A stretch of DNA of 62,176 nt, filler included, from Nemertoderma westbladi (lineage: Eukaryota > Animalia > Xenacoelomorpha): the NCBI GenBank assembly GCA_032718475.1. It is 3 parts of 3 records of this genome, joined end to end, with 100 filler letters (N's around TTAATTAATTAA, not from the genome) between each part and the next. Parts side by side here need not be neighbours in the genome. Positions count along the whole stretch, not along the records: positions 1 to 17,148 come from JAUCBJ010004017.1; 2 more parts are not named here. One strand, 5' to 3'. The notes beneath the pieces were generated by a model that worked only from the letters and a program-made list of their open reading frames with translations, ran no database searches and was not told the origin of the DNA. A program made the translations under genes and the position numbers. Each line of letters opens with the position of its first letter. Position 1 is the stretch's first letter. Positions 1 through 11,260 of this stretch are shown here, piece after piece.

Positions 1-145
1 GATGTGTGCATTGTACTTGACACAGTGAACCCGGCGTAGCATTCTTGTGAATGCGCCATCCAGATATTTGGTGTCCCTCAGCTGTTAAAGCCCAGCATTG
101 TACTTGTCACAGTGAACCCGGCGTAGCCTTGTGAATGTGCCACCT
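1..145 (-). mobile_element. RTE-clade LINE fragment (family A), with a short internal duplication
   Basis: TGTGTGCATTGTACTTGACACAGTGAACCCGGCGTAGCATTCTTGTGAATG is near-identical to 47677-47743 and to the reverse complement of ~58470-58530. Confidence 0.75.
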
Positions 146-239
146 AAGCACGAAAGGTCTCATTGTAGAGGAATAAGCAAATGACCTCCCAAACTGGACA
201 TTCCTATTAGTACCCTTATTTGCCAAGCACTCTTCACTG

Positions 240-1395
240 ATGTGCAACGATCGAAATATCTCTCCGCTAATCGACTATATGAATTCTGAACTCAAACTAT
301 TATCCGAATGGCTAACTGAAAACAAACTAACTCTAAATACTGACAAAACTGAGTATACAATATTCTCAAAATCAAAGTCAGAAATACCCCCAACACCGAT
401 AACCATTAATAACAAAACAATTAGGTCCACAACAACATCCAAATATCTAGGTATATTAATAGATTCCAATTTATAATATAGGGAACACATAATCAGCCTT
501 ATTCGGAAAAAATATCCAAAAGTGGAGGATTATTCTATAAACTACGCCATATTGTGCTCATATAATGCGAACTCTATTCTATTCGTTAGTCTACCCCCAT
601 ATTTTTTACAGGTTGATAGTATGGGAAAATACATTCCAATCGATTACTCGTCCCCTCAAAACCAAACTCAATAAAATTGTCCGATGTATTACCTTCAGCC
701 ACTATCAGTCTTCATATTTTCCAATTTATTAGCAGCTACTCATTCTACCACTAGATCGTCTGTATAAATACCAAGTCCTCATACTAATGTATGAAATTCA
801 CCACAATCCTTCTCATCCTCTTTCTCACTTGTTCACCAAAGCATCATCTGTTCACACATATATTACCCGCTTCGCTCTGCCTCCGCTGGTCCTTTTCATT
901 TACCCAGTACGCGCACTGAAGTCAGGCACCAGTCACTTTCAATGCAGGGCCATCTTCTCTGGAATTCCCTCTCTAGAGATATCCGTGATAGCAGTAATAA
1001 GACAGATTTCAAAAACAATTAAATATTAATCTTCTTTCAAATCGTTATAACATATAATAACTATTTTCTTTCTTTTTGTTTTTAAAAAATTTTTCGCATG
1101 AAAATTTTTGAATTTGGAAATTTCTTATAATATTCCCATACCCATACTCAGTACATTGTCTCAGTTAGCAATTTATCACGATAATCTACTGTAAAGGTAA
1201 ACAAATTAATAGTTTAATCCCAACTATATCGTACTCCATACGCCTGCATCACCCGCATCTCATCAGTCATCCGCGTTTCCCCCTCTTATAGGAATATGAT
1301 AAGGCTACACTAGCTTTTCTATAGCCAAATCCTATTCCTTTATTGTAACATTTTTGTATTTTAGATACTTATTCTGAGGAAACATTAAACAATTG
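240..1395 (+). mobile_element. Degenerate 5'-truncated CR1/L2-group LINE (RT C-terminus plus 3' UTR)
   Basis: ORF 240-476 reads ELKLLSEWLTENKLTLNTDKT...KYLGILIDSNL, the RT thumb motifs NKL.LN..KT and KYLG..ID..L; downstream coding is broken by stops and frameshifts. Confidence 0.8.
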
Positions 1396-1399
1396 AACT

Positions 1400-1565
1400 A
1401 TAAAAGTCTGCCTTTGAGTATAATTTATTATACTTTATATAGACTACATGTATACCAAGTTTTGTTCCATTTCATCAAAGATTGGCAGACTTATTAGCTT
1501 TCAAACATCTCCAATGATGGTGACGACGACAACGACAAGACAGGTCCACTAATTATAACCCTAAG
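1400..1565. mobile_element. Non-autonomous Helentron/DINE-like repeat fragment with (GAC)n
   Basis: Similar to 25160-25310 (TACCAAGTTT...TTCATCAAA...GACGACG...GGTCCACTAATTAT) and, inverted, to the interior of 7653-7982. Confidence 0.45.
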
Positions 1566-2030
1566 GCTCAATGGTATCGTCAAAGGGCAAGTGCAAGTTA
1601 TAGAAGTGATTTACTTTGATTTACATACAAGTTATTTACTGACTAATTCAATAATTTATAATTGGTGGGGTCTGAGTATTTAAGTTTTGATCATAGAAAT
1701 GAGAACTGATTGATTAAAAGAAATTAAATGGGGCGAGCTAAATTTCTCAAGCTCTGATCATAGAAAAGTAATCTTATTATTATTAAATGTCAATAACTAT
1801 ACTATATATCACGCATATAATGATGACCTCAGCTTTTTCGTTCATTGTGTGTCGTTGGCAATATTGGAGTAATCGGTATTATTTTAATTATATGTATTTC
1901 TCATCCTAGATTTGTCATTAAATATAACTAACAATACAAATTGACAGATTAAGTCTATATCTATATACGTGTGCCTTTATCTAAGGTGGAAGGGTAGCTA
2001 AAGCTTAATGACCCAGCCTACCAGGAGATC

Positions 2031-2363
2031 CACTACTACCAGCATGCCGCATTTGCAGCTTTATTATATATATTACATATATATTAAGAATGCTGTGCTG
2101 GAAGTACCGAAAAGAAAACTACCCTGGCCCATGCGATGATCGAACCCACAACCTACGCCAGATTTGAATTCAATGCAACCATTACACCAAGATGGGACCC
2201 TATCCCAGAGATTTGCTAGATCATCCGCATCTTCAAGGCCAGTGTCCTTTAAGAGGCGTCTAAGAAAGTCATGGGCTGTCCACCATGCTTATTCACTCCA
2301 TGGGGATGCTAAGCACAAGATTATACTCTGGCTGGTCCTCACAGCGAAAGCAATGTCCTGCAA
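2031..2363 (-). mobile_element. RTE-clade LINE 3' fragment (family A) interrupted by a tRNA-like insert
   Basis: ATTTGCTAGATCATCCGCATCTTCAAGGCCAGTGTCC is shared with the 4871-5405 and 47336-47743 copies; (TAC)n tail. Confidence 0.8.
2108..2200 (-). pseudogene. Degenerate tRNA-derived sequence (tRNA pseudogene or SINE head, Gln-like 5' end)
   Basis: Minus strand GGTCCCATCTTGGTGTAATGG (A box)...GGTTCGATC (B box)...ATGGGCCA followed by a TTTTCTTTT Pol III terminator; anticodon arm is not intact. Confidence 0.55.
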
Positions 2364-3649
2364 AAGGAAATCCAGCCTACCCAGAGGAGCAACTTGCAAA
2401 AAACGGAGGACATATGAATAATATGGACTAATACCACACAATTGAACTGTGGTAGCTCACATTCTGCTACATTAAAGGCCACTGACCGCAGCTGCAAACA
2501 ATTATTCTAATTTATCTTCCTATATGATGTAGAAGCAATCCAAATTTATCCTCATCAAATTATGTAACTACGAAGCACATAAAAATCGTTAAATAGTGGG
2601 TGGGATCTCTTATGCTGGAGCTTAGCATTGGTTGAACTACATACATTATAGTACATATTTAATACCCCCCCCCCCCCCCCCCCCCACATTTACATTTATT
2701 GTAGGAGTAGGTTATACCACTAGGTGGAAATACATTTTTGCACGTTATTTATTAAAAGGCACATAATTTATGATATATTTCACATATATTCATATTTTTT
2801 CAATCAACAATTATATTTCTCATCATAAATTCATGGTTGAATAGATATACTAATAGTTAGAGAATTATCAGAAACTCAAAAATAATAGACAGAGATTTAA
2901 TTTCACCATGCCTGCGCCTGGTGAATTATTATAATATATATATTGTTTTATATAAATAACATTATAGGTACAGTATAACCTGACTGGCAAAATATTAATA
3001 TAAACAATGAGGAACAAGCCTCCTATATCAAAAATGAAACCTACTTACAAATAAACACCATTATAACTGCACGAATAAACTATCCTAAATATTATAAAAA
3101 TATTTTAGTTTTTGTCCGCCTAAGGGTGTAAGCCTACATCGCATAATGAATTTAATAAATTTTCAGGATTTCAGGATTCAAACAATTTATTCAAACAGAA
3201 AACTGTCAAAATGAGTCAAAACGAGTTAATTTCCAAAAACTTTTTATTCTTGGAGTCAACTAAAAGTCCATCACTGGAAACTCAATGCTCTTAGCAGCTG
3301 TAGAGGAGTTGTCAAGGTCAAGGCAAGGTCTTGTGGGTCTCACTGATAAATCGCGAAAGTTTTTTGTGCAGAGGTAGCCCGCAGCGTATACTAAAGATAT
3401 AGGACGATGCATGTACTTCAGTACTGAATTCTCTAGGATTGCCATAAAATAAGAGGAAATTTTATCTCTAAGATTATATATAGTGAGTGTTCCCAATTTC
3501 CAATATCTGACCTATCTATCACTTTGTATGGCATAAACTATAAACTTTAATAAAAATATTTTATTTATTTGAAATATGACGATTATTAAAAAGTTTCCTA
3601 TCGAAATAATAGTATAATGAAGACAGGTGGTTAATGAAACACAAAAAGT

Positions 3650-4279
3650 ATGATTATATATATCATTAGCTTATCCATGCTCATGGCTATATGCTGGTCC
3701 CAGTTACTCTCATGTGAGGAGTCAACAAAAACCAAAATGATTTCTGATGATGAAGAATTAATAAAGGCATACAAAAAAAGACTTGACTTATTAGGAAACG
3801 GAGGGAACTGGGAGTTTCTAGAAGGCCACTACCTGTTGGCTGCACCACGAATATCAGCAGCCGAATGTTTTCAATGCGGGACCATCTCGCGTATTGTTTC
3901 AAATCGAACCCCAAAGAATGTGGAGATTAGCTTGGAGGCAGTCCATAGAGTGTGTTACAGGAAACCTGGAGAGTGTAAACCTCTAACAGAAGATCAATGC
4001 AATGAGCTTCTAGATATTAATTTTATTGGCCATGACGACGAACTAATTGTTGCATTGTATGCAATTATGGATAGCATTAAAGGAGAAGGAGTTACTACTC
4101 TAAATGATACTTGTCAAAATCAATGTTGTGGAACAAAACGGTGTCCACGAGCAGAATGGAAGGAAGATCTCACAACTACGAGCAACTATGTCCAATTAGA
4201 AGGCAAGACTGAATCTGCTAGTCGATCAAGCAATGATACACCAATGTTTTTGATGGTATTCCTTGTTCTATTTATGTGA
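3650..4279 (+). CDS. Orphan Cys-rich protein, predicted signal peptide and GPI-anchor-like C-terminal tail (209 aa, single exon)
   Basis: ATG-to-TGA 630-bp ORF in very AT-rich DNA; hydrophobic N-terminus MIIYIISLSMLMAICWS; ~10 Cys including CQNQCCGTKRC; small residues (SASRSSN) then a hydrophobic end MFLMVFLVLFM; AATAAA at ~4324. Confidence 0.7.
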   Translation: MIIYIISLSMLMAICWSQLLSCEESTKTKMISDDEELIKAYKKRLDLLGNGGNWEFLEGHYLLAAPRISAAECFQCGTISRIVSNRTPKNVEISLEAVHRVCYRKPGECKPLTEDQCNELLDINFIGHDDELIVALYAIMDSIKGEGVTTLNDTCQNQCCGTKRCPRAEWKEDLTTTSNYVQLEGKTESASRSSNDTPMFLMVFLVLFM

Positions 4280-4870
4280 AATAACTACTAATCTAATAGG
4301 ATTAAAAACAAGTGGGGACTGACAATAAATTATAATTTTATTCAGTAATTTAATGGATTGAGGTAATCCTGAACAATATCGATTTTTGTTATATTTATTT
4401 GTATTATATTTGATACATATTTGTTTATTGCTTTATTAAATATGTATTATTTTCAAGTTAGCGTGAAATACGCAGTGAAATAAAGTAAACTCAATGATAG
4501 ACTATGTGGTGCTATATATCACGGCGTGAAATAAAGTAACAGTATTCTTTCAGTATGATTGTACCGTATTTTACAGTAATGAGGTACGCCTAACAGTAAG
4601 TCATTCATCACAGAGCAGACAGCATAAAATACTAGATTACATATATATTTAAATCATATATTATATATATTTAATATTTATATTTAAATTATTTATATTA
4701 TAATTTATTATATAATTCTATCAAGATGGGGAAATATACTATATGTCAATTGGTGAAGAATATATGTGATATTAATATTATTAATAAAAAAAGAACCTAT
4801 TTATTTATATTTTTATCATTACCCTCCCTCCATAGTCTTGACAATATAAACGGGTATTATCATCACAATA

Positions 4871-5405
4871 TACTACTACTACTATTAGTTCCGGCTTGCT
4901 GCATTGCAGCTGCATTTTTAAGAATGCTGTGCCGGCTTGTCGACAAAATTGCGCCGCCACAACTCCCTATCACCAATGATATTTGCTAGATCATCCGCAT
5001 CTTCAAGGCCAGTGTCCTTTAAGATGCGTCTCAAGAAAGTCATGGGCTGTCCAGTCCACCATGCTTATTCACTCCATGAGGCTGCCAAAGTACAAGATTA
5101 TGCACTGGCTGGTCCTCACTGCGAAAGCAATGTCCTGCAAAGCGGAGGTGATTTTGTTCTAGTGTCAAGCTTGGGGAACCAATGAAACACCTCCAAAGGT
5201 ATTCGAAGGTCCTCACCTGACTTCCGGATCCATGATCCCAGGTAACAGAAGTCGTCCACATGCCCAAGCATACCATCCTTTGAGCTTATGCTCATCCGAT
5301 CAGAGACTTGCTGAGAACTTTCAAAGTTAACTGTCAAAATTTTGGTCTCTCCGGAGTTAATAAAAAGACCAACACTAGAAGCAGCATGTTCTAATGAGCT
5401 GAGGA
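4871..5405 (-). mobile_element. RTE-clade LINE 3' fragment (family A), internally deleted
   Basis: Minus-strand translation VGLFINSGETK...VDDFCYLGSWI...LRFAGHCFR...LVLWQPHG matches the RTE RT thumb and C-terminal domain; (TAG)n tail. Confidence 0.85.
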
Positions 5406-6071
5406 GCCGTAATATAAATAATAGTATATCACAATATAGGCGTTGTTGGTTGTAACATTGCATTATTATTATTAGTTCAGGATTATTATTATTATTATTA
5501 TCCATATGTCCAACCCACACCCGCCCCCCCCCCCCCCCCCCCCATCCCTCCCTTCCCCTAATAGATAATGTATAATTATGCACATAAACATGGTTGTTGG
5601 TACTGTATCCGAGCAATAGTAATGGACAGGTGCTTGTTACAGGAAACCTGCTCATTGTTCCATGAACCTGGCCACTGGGATAACTGGGAAGGTAATTACT
5701 GCAATGTTTTATATTTGCATTATGGGACGATGGATTTCCCATGATTGGGCGGTAGAGAAAAGGGTTGGATAACTCCGTTCTGTATAATACTGTCTGTAAA
5801 CAACGTTAAAGTTATATCGTTCTTTATACCACCACCGATCAGACCAAAACCAAATACACTAGTACAATACTGTTAGCAAAACAAACTGAATCAGGTAACT
5901 TAAAAGTTGGAGGTCAAACTGCGTGAAGTAACTACAATGCTGGTTCCTAATTGGTTAATTGGTAAGGTGATAATAGGGGTTGATAATAGTGCTAGAAATA
6001 GGTTACTTCACACACAGAGGGCTCTGGGCAGTAACCGGGTAATAGATTGCACAAATAACATGTTACAATGA

Positions 6072-6837
6072 TGTGACGGGATCCTGGTTGGCTTAGGATC
6101 CCGACCGTACGTCTTCAGCCCCATTCACATCCAAGTAGTCTGGCGGTATTGAAGCGGTAAGCCAGCGTACACTACCCAGAGCCCGTTCACACCCAATGGT
6201 ACCGTTGCGGTAACCGATTGTCTATCTGTCGACTGAATTCAACAGGAAATTGCATTAATTGTTTAAACATTGTTTAAATGGGCTATGGTAAACCGCGCAG
6301 TTTAGCGCACAACTACCTGTTGGATCATTCACAGTCAGCGTTGTACCACTGGCCCTGCGGTACACCGCGCGGTGTACCGTTCCGTTGGATGTGAACGGGC
6401 CTTTTAGTGATGTCTCTACGCGTCACTGCTTTGAGAATACTGAATGGCCGAAGGCCTGGTAAAACTATGTGTTATCTGATGGTCGATATGGAGTCCCAAC
6501 AGAATAGAACACTTTACCAGAATAATGATTATATCACAGTACAGCAGTATTGGTATATGGTATATGACAACGGTGAAATCTATTCACATTTCTACACTGG
6601 ATATAGTGGCCAACTGATTTCATAGGTTGGAAGTGCTTAGTGGACTGGATCCGCTAACAAATAATAATGAAATATGGGCTATAACCAATCCAAACACTTT
6701 GCAAAAACAATATAATCTTGAATTAACTTGGGGTAATTAGGTCACTCTCTAAATTGGGGGTAGCTATTCCAGGGTAGCTGGGGGTTTGGGAAATGAGTAC
6801 TAGAAGAGTTAAGGATTATAATTATAATCCGCTAACA
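6072..6837. mobile_element. Possible solo LTR related to the LTR at 59322-59868
   Basis: Starts TGTGACGGGATCC...GGATCCCG and has GCTAACA ends (6659, 6837), the same termini as 59322-59868; no TSD found. Confidence 0.35.
6118..6401. mobile_element. MITE (PIF/Harbinger-like termini)
   Basis: GCCC(C/G)(A)TTCACA(T/C)CCAA at ~6118 and 6181 is inverted relative to TTGGATGTGAACGGGC at 6385-6400. Confidence 0.55.
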
Positions 6838-7313
6838 GTGCTAGTGCAGCCTGGAAGTACTGGAGGGGTGGGGATTCGAGGGAAAACAATAATAGTTTTT
6901 TCTTTAGTTTTACTTGGTTTAGTGGATTTCTACCATATTAAGTTACAACCCTAAGTCTGACATCCAAGGCTGAGCAAAAAATCTTTTATTGCTTTTATTG
7001 TACTCATATTCATCATAATGATACGGTGTCAATCTGTTCGTAGTAACAGCAATCTGAACTTAAGTGGGCCTATCTACTTGCTTCATAAAATATTACAGAA
7101 CATTATATGATTTAACATTGAATAAGGCATCATCAGAATTTAAAGTGATAGTGATAACTGGAATCGCTGTAACTGTGGAAGCAATATAGTAACATACTGC
7201 AGTTCTATTTCTTTTGTAAGACTATTTCGTTCTATATATATTTTCAATATTCTCTCGACAATTTTTTGATTACCTTTTTTGAAACTCGTTTGTCATTTTC
7301 TTCTTAGTTTTCG

Positions 7314-7450
7314 TATTACATGGTTGTGAGATATAATTTCTAATTACTTTTGTATTTCGGTGGTGGAAAATTCAAGCAGGTATTACATGGTTGTGAGATA
7401 TAATTTCTAATTACTTTTGTATTTCGGTGGTGGAAAATTCAAGCAGGTAT
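7314..7450. repeat. Perfect ~67-bp tandem duplication
   Basis: TATTACATGGTTGTGAGATA...TTCAAGCAGG occurs twice in tandem. Confidence 0.9.
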
Positions 7451-7652
7451 TTCTATTGTTATTGTTTTACAAAAAACAAGCTTTTTGGTATCTGCAATTT
7501 GCACTGCTGCTCTACTGCTAAAGGGTGTATTTGGTAGGGAGAGAGAGTAACATTTATATATAGAACTAACGGTAATGAAAGTAACAACTGTTGAGAAAGT
7601 ATGTACAGTAACTTACTGTATCTTGTGGGTGGAGGCCATACCACGGATACCT

Positions 7653-7982
7653 GTGGGGCGAGCCACGAAGTGAGCTAAGCCTTAGCATATGGGTGCCATT
7701 GGCGAGTTGTCTGTCGTCATCGTCGTATGTCGTCGTCGTCGTCGTAAATTTTTGATCGCTAATAACTCGGCCATTCTTTGATGAAATGAATATTGATGAA
7801 AATTGGTATGTATGTAGTCCGTCAAAAGTTTAGGAAGAATCTAAAGTTTGGTCAAAAACGAACGAATGCAAGGAGGCACAAGAGGAGGACGAGTATTGTG
7901 TTGAAGACTTCTGACTAACGGCAGACAACTCGTTAATGGTACCCATATGCCAAAGGCTTTGCTCACTTCGTGAAGGCTCCAC
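7653..7982. mobile_element. MITE-like element with ~55-bp imperfect TIRs and internal (GTC)n
   Basis: ACGAAGTGAGCTAAGCCTTAGCATATGGGTGCCATTGGCGAGTTGTCTG is inverted relative to CAGACAACTCGTTAATGGTACCCATATGCCAAAGGCTTTGCTCACTTCGT. Confidence 0.75.
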
Positions 7983-8326
7983 GAACGTGTACTGTAGTGA
8001 GTACAGGTAAGACTGTATTATTGGGTGTTCTGAAACTTATATACTGTATACCAATCTCTGAATTGAATATAGTGCCGGGCAGTATTGTATAGCATACGGA
8101 TCCTTTTCTGATATCATCACAATTGGGATGTATGCAACACAGCCACCATACAAGTTTGTTGAGGTCTAATAGTTGTAGTACAATGCATGCATGCATAGTC
8201 GCACACGTAAATAATCAGAACTGACATTTAGTTTCTCCCTTGTAATTCCTCATAAAAAATATATTAAAATAAGACGAACAAACCCATATACAATTAGTAA
8301 AAATATCTACATCTAGTAAAAATGCA

Positions 8327-8535
8327 GTGTATAATCTTGTGTTTTGGCAACCTCATGGAATTAATAAGCATGGTGGCGGCAGCCCATGACTTTCTTAATA
8401 CGCCCCTTATAAAGAAAATGAAGCTCTGAAGATGCGGATGATATAGCAAATGTCATGGGATATAGGGAGTTGTGGCGACGCAATTTTATATATATATAAT
8501 CCAGCAGCAATGCAGCATGCCAATAATAGTAGTAT
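8327..8535 (+). mobile_element. RTE-clade LINE 3' fragment (family A, diverged)
   Basis: GAAGATGCGGATGATATAGCAAATGTCATGGG...GCAATGCAGCATGC...TAGTAGTA tail. Confidence 0.75.
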
Positions 8536-8718
8536 GAGGATACAGGGGCGTATCTTTAAAAAATATGATAATTCACAGAAATACACTGGAAATTTCATCT
8601 GCTCTAAAATTTGCACAAAAATTTATATGAATTTTTTTATAAATTCTGAAATAAATTTTAGATATTTATGATGAATTAGGGCTGGGGTCCAGCAAACAAA
8701 TTATCAAAACAATTTTTT

Positions 8719-9040
8719 ATGGATTTATCAAATTAAGATTGACATATCATACTCTTGTAATTAAGTTCCGAATAGAACATTTAATTAATTAAAACAATAT
8801 TCCACGACAACTTTATATATCATTAATGACATTATAATTACCTACCATCATAAAGGAATTTCAATTATAAAGTATTTATCAAATGATGGATTTATCAAAT
8901 TAAAATTGACATATCATAATCTTGTAATTAAGTTTCGAATAGAACATTTAAATAAATAAAACAATATTCCACGACAACTTTATATATCATTAATGACTCT
9001 ATAATTATCTACCATCATAAAGTAATTTAAATTATAAAGT
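8719..9040. repeat. ~168-bp tandem duplication in the sulfotransferase 3' flank
   Basis: ATGGATTTATCAAATTAA...ATTATAAAGT occurs twice with few substitutions. Confidence 0.85.
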
Positions 9041-9090
9041 GTTACTTTAACCATTCAGAAAAGAACCCGCCAATAATACAATAAATAAGT

Positions 9091-10107
9091 CTAAATTTCA
9101 TACACAAACTGCAAGTCTGTTCCCTCGAGGTAGGATTTCTCCCATTCTATAATTCTATCAACTTGTTCTTTTGTGAGAACAGTTTTCCAATCTCCTGTTT
9201 GGCCTTTTCTCATGAAGCCAACAGGTTCACTTGTCGCATTGGCACTTTGCAACTTTTCAATAAGGCTGTCTTTGTTAACCATGTTATTCTTTTTCATATT
9301 TTTAAAAGAAAGATGGTCGACAAGCAGAGAAACTTGAGATTCGCTCAGAGATTTATTGAGGAACTTTGAGGTTTTACGCACAACCCCCTGCAAATCTTGT
9401 TTCATCTCCTCATAAGTAATGAAGAGGATATTGTTCTTATCCCGGTTCTCCCAGTAACCAAGAACATGGCCGAGGAAAGGTGTGCAATAACCACAGACAT
9501 CACCAATGAAAGCATTAAAGAAAGTATCAAAAGACCCTCTAAAACCCTCCATAATTTTCCAGTGGTGGTAGTAAGACACACAAGCATCTCTGGGATTTCG
9601 TGCAACATAGATCAGTTTAACTTGTTTCTCCATGACCTGGCGTGGAAGCATGTCGAAGGAGAGGTGCGTTTTTATTATTCGTGGAGATGGAATTGATTCA
9701 GCAAGTTCTATAGAAGAATTATACTTTTTGGCATCGCTTACTGCTTCTTCATAAAAGTCATTGAAGTTGTCCTCCATGAGACCAGAGAGTTCCAGAAACG
9801 GAACCCGCTTTTCAAGGTCTACACTTTTAGCCACTTGAAAGTTAAGATCATTAACAATGTTCCATACCATCTCTTGGGTCCAAGTAGTACCACATTTTGG
9901 GAATGATGACACAAACACATCATCATCGTTAACTTTAAACTCGTTTAGTTCCTTTTCAAATCGCATGAAACACCTTGGGAGCACCTGTCCACTGGGCTGA
10001 AACCGCACAAACCCTTTTGGAAAGCAATCAAAACATTTCCAGAATTCTTGCAATGCATGATCCTTAATTTCTTCAGTGGTAACACCATCAGATAATTTGT
10101 AACTCAT
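9091..10107 (-). CDS. Cytosolic PAPS-dependent sulfotransferase (Sulfotransfer_1 family, 338 aa, intronless CDS)
   Basis: 5'-PSB loop SFPKCGTTW, catalytic IIKTHL, 3'-PB YVARNPRDACVSYYHH, YEEMK, and C-terminal FMRKGQTGDWK; full length and intact. Confidence 0.96.
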   Translation of the reverse strand: MSYKLSDGVTTEEIKDHALQEFWKCFDCFPKGFVRFQPSGQVLPRCFMRFEKELNEFKVNDDDVFVSSFPKCGTTWTQEMVWNIVNDLNFQVAKSVDLEKRVPFLELSGLMEDNFNDFYEEAVSDAKKYNSSIELAESIPSPRIIKTHLSFDMLPRQVMEKQVKLIYVARNPRDACVSYYHHWKIMEGFRGSFDTFFNAFIGDVCGYCTPFLGHVLGYWENRDKNNILFITYEEMKQDLQGVVRKTSKFLNKSLSESQVSLLVDHLSFKNMKKNNMVNKDSLIEKLQSANATSEPVGFMRKGQTGDWKTVLTKEQVDRIIEWEKSYLEGTDLQFVYEI

Positions 10108-11260
10108 TCTAAATTTGTATTTAAATAATTTGGTAAGTATACAAGTTTTGTGTTGTTAATTATAATTGATGGCTAAACTAATATTAATTATGGCTAAACA
10201 CTCTTGATTTTATTTAATGCAGCAACATAGTGATATCTTGCTTGTTATAATATATGGTTGCTAGGCTACTGTGATGGCCTGGAGCTGAAATCAATAATAC
10301 GACAACAAATTAACTCTTGAATTTTACATAATGTTACAAATACACTATACCGATTGACTAAAATGGTGAAATATAAATGATAGCATTCTAATATTTTTGT
10401 AAACAAATTAAGTCAATGTTATTCATAATATTGAGTCTTATGGAGCACAACTAAGACAATCCATCATTCTAATTGAACTTTGAATCGGCATTACTTTGCC
10501 AAACAATATATTTTAGCTGAGGCCTTCGCAAATAATAGATTATATTAATAATAATCGAGATTATACTAATAATAGATAATAGAATAATAGAATTGTAAGA
10601 GATTACAAATTGGAAAATATTATCTTTATTTCTGTGTAATTAATTTGAGCAATATGATTGAATGATAAATAATGACTGACAGTTTACTGACTACAATTTA
10701 AATAATGTACTATATCGTTATCATGCAAGCTACCGTATTAATTTACAAACACCAAATTTATGGTGGGATAAAAAATGTGTTTAATATAAATAATAAATAT
10801 ATTCAAATATTGTAACATAGAATAATTGAGATTATTATGTGACGACACTACTGTGAACGTAAATTAAAATATTAAGAACTTTGTTTATTGTGAATAAATG
10901 CTGCATGAGTGGCTCATTAGACACATGTTGCGCATTATTTTACTGTGGTAGTAATTGGACGTTCGTTGATAGGTGTGGTGCACTCGTGAGATATAACTAA
11001 CATAACATAGTTCCAGCTATACAATTGCACTAGTACCAGTTGTGTGGCCAACTTGTGCAGCCAGTAAGGTATATTCTAAATGAAAGTTGTATGACATTCA
11101 CTTCCGGTAAGGTGAAAAACATACTGAAATTATTGTACCCGAAAGAAAGATTAAAATGTTTAATTAAAATTTTGAAGAGAAACCAAACTAAGTACATTTT
11201 AGTAATATAAGATTTTCTCAGTAAACCAAAAAATCCAGTTCTGATCAACTGAGTTTGTTT

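Noticed and set aside
1240-1290. Second hammerhead (minus strand GAAACGCGGATGACTGATGAG)
   Set aside because: No NUH cleavage triplet and no stem I/II in a valid topology; it lies in a LINE 3' UTR.
2108-2200. Functional tRNA gene
   Set aside because: Anticodon arm and acceptor stem are disrupted, and it is embedded in a LINE fragment.
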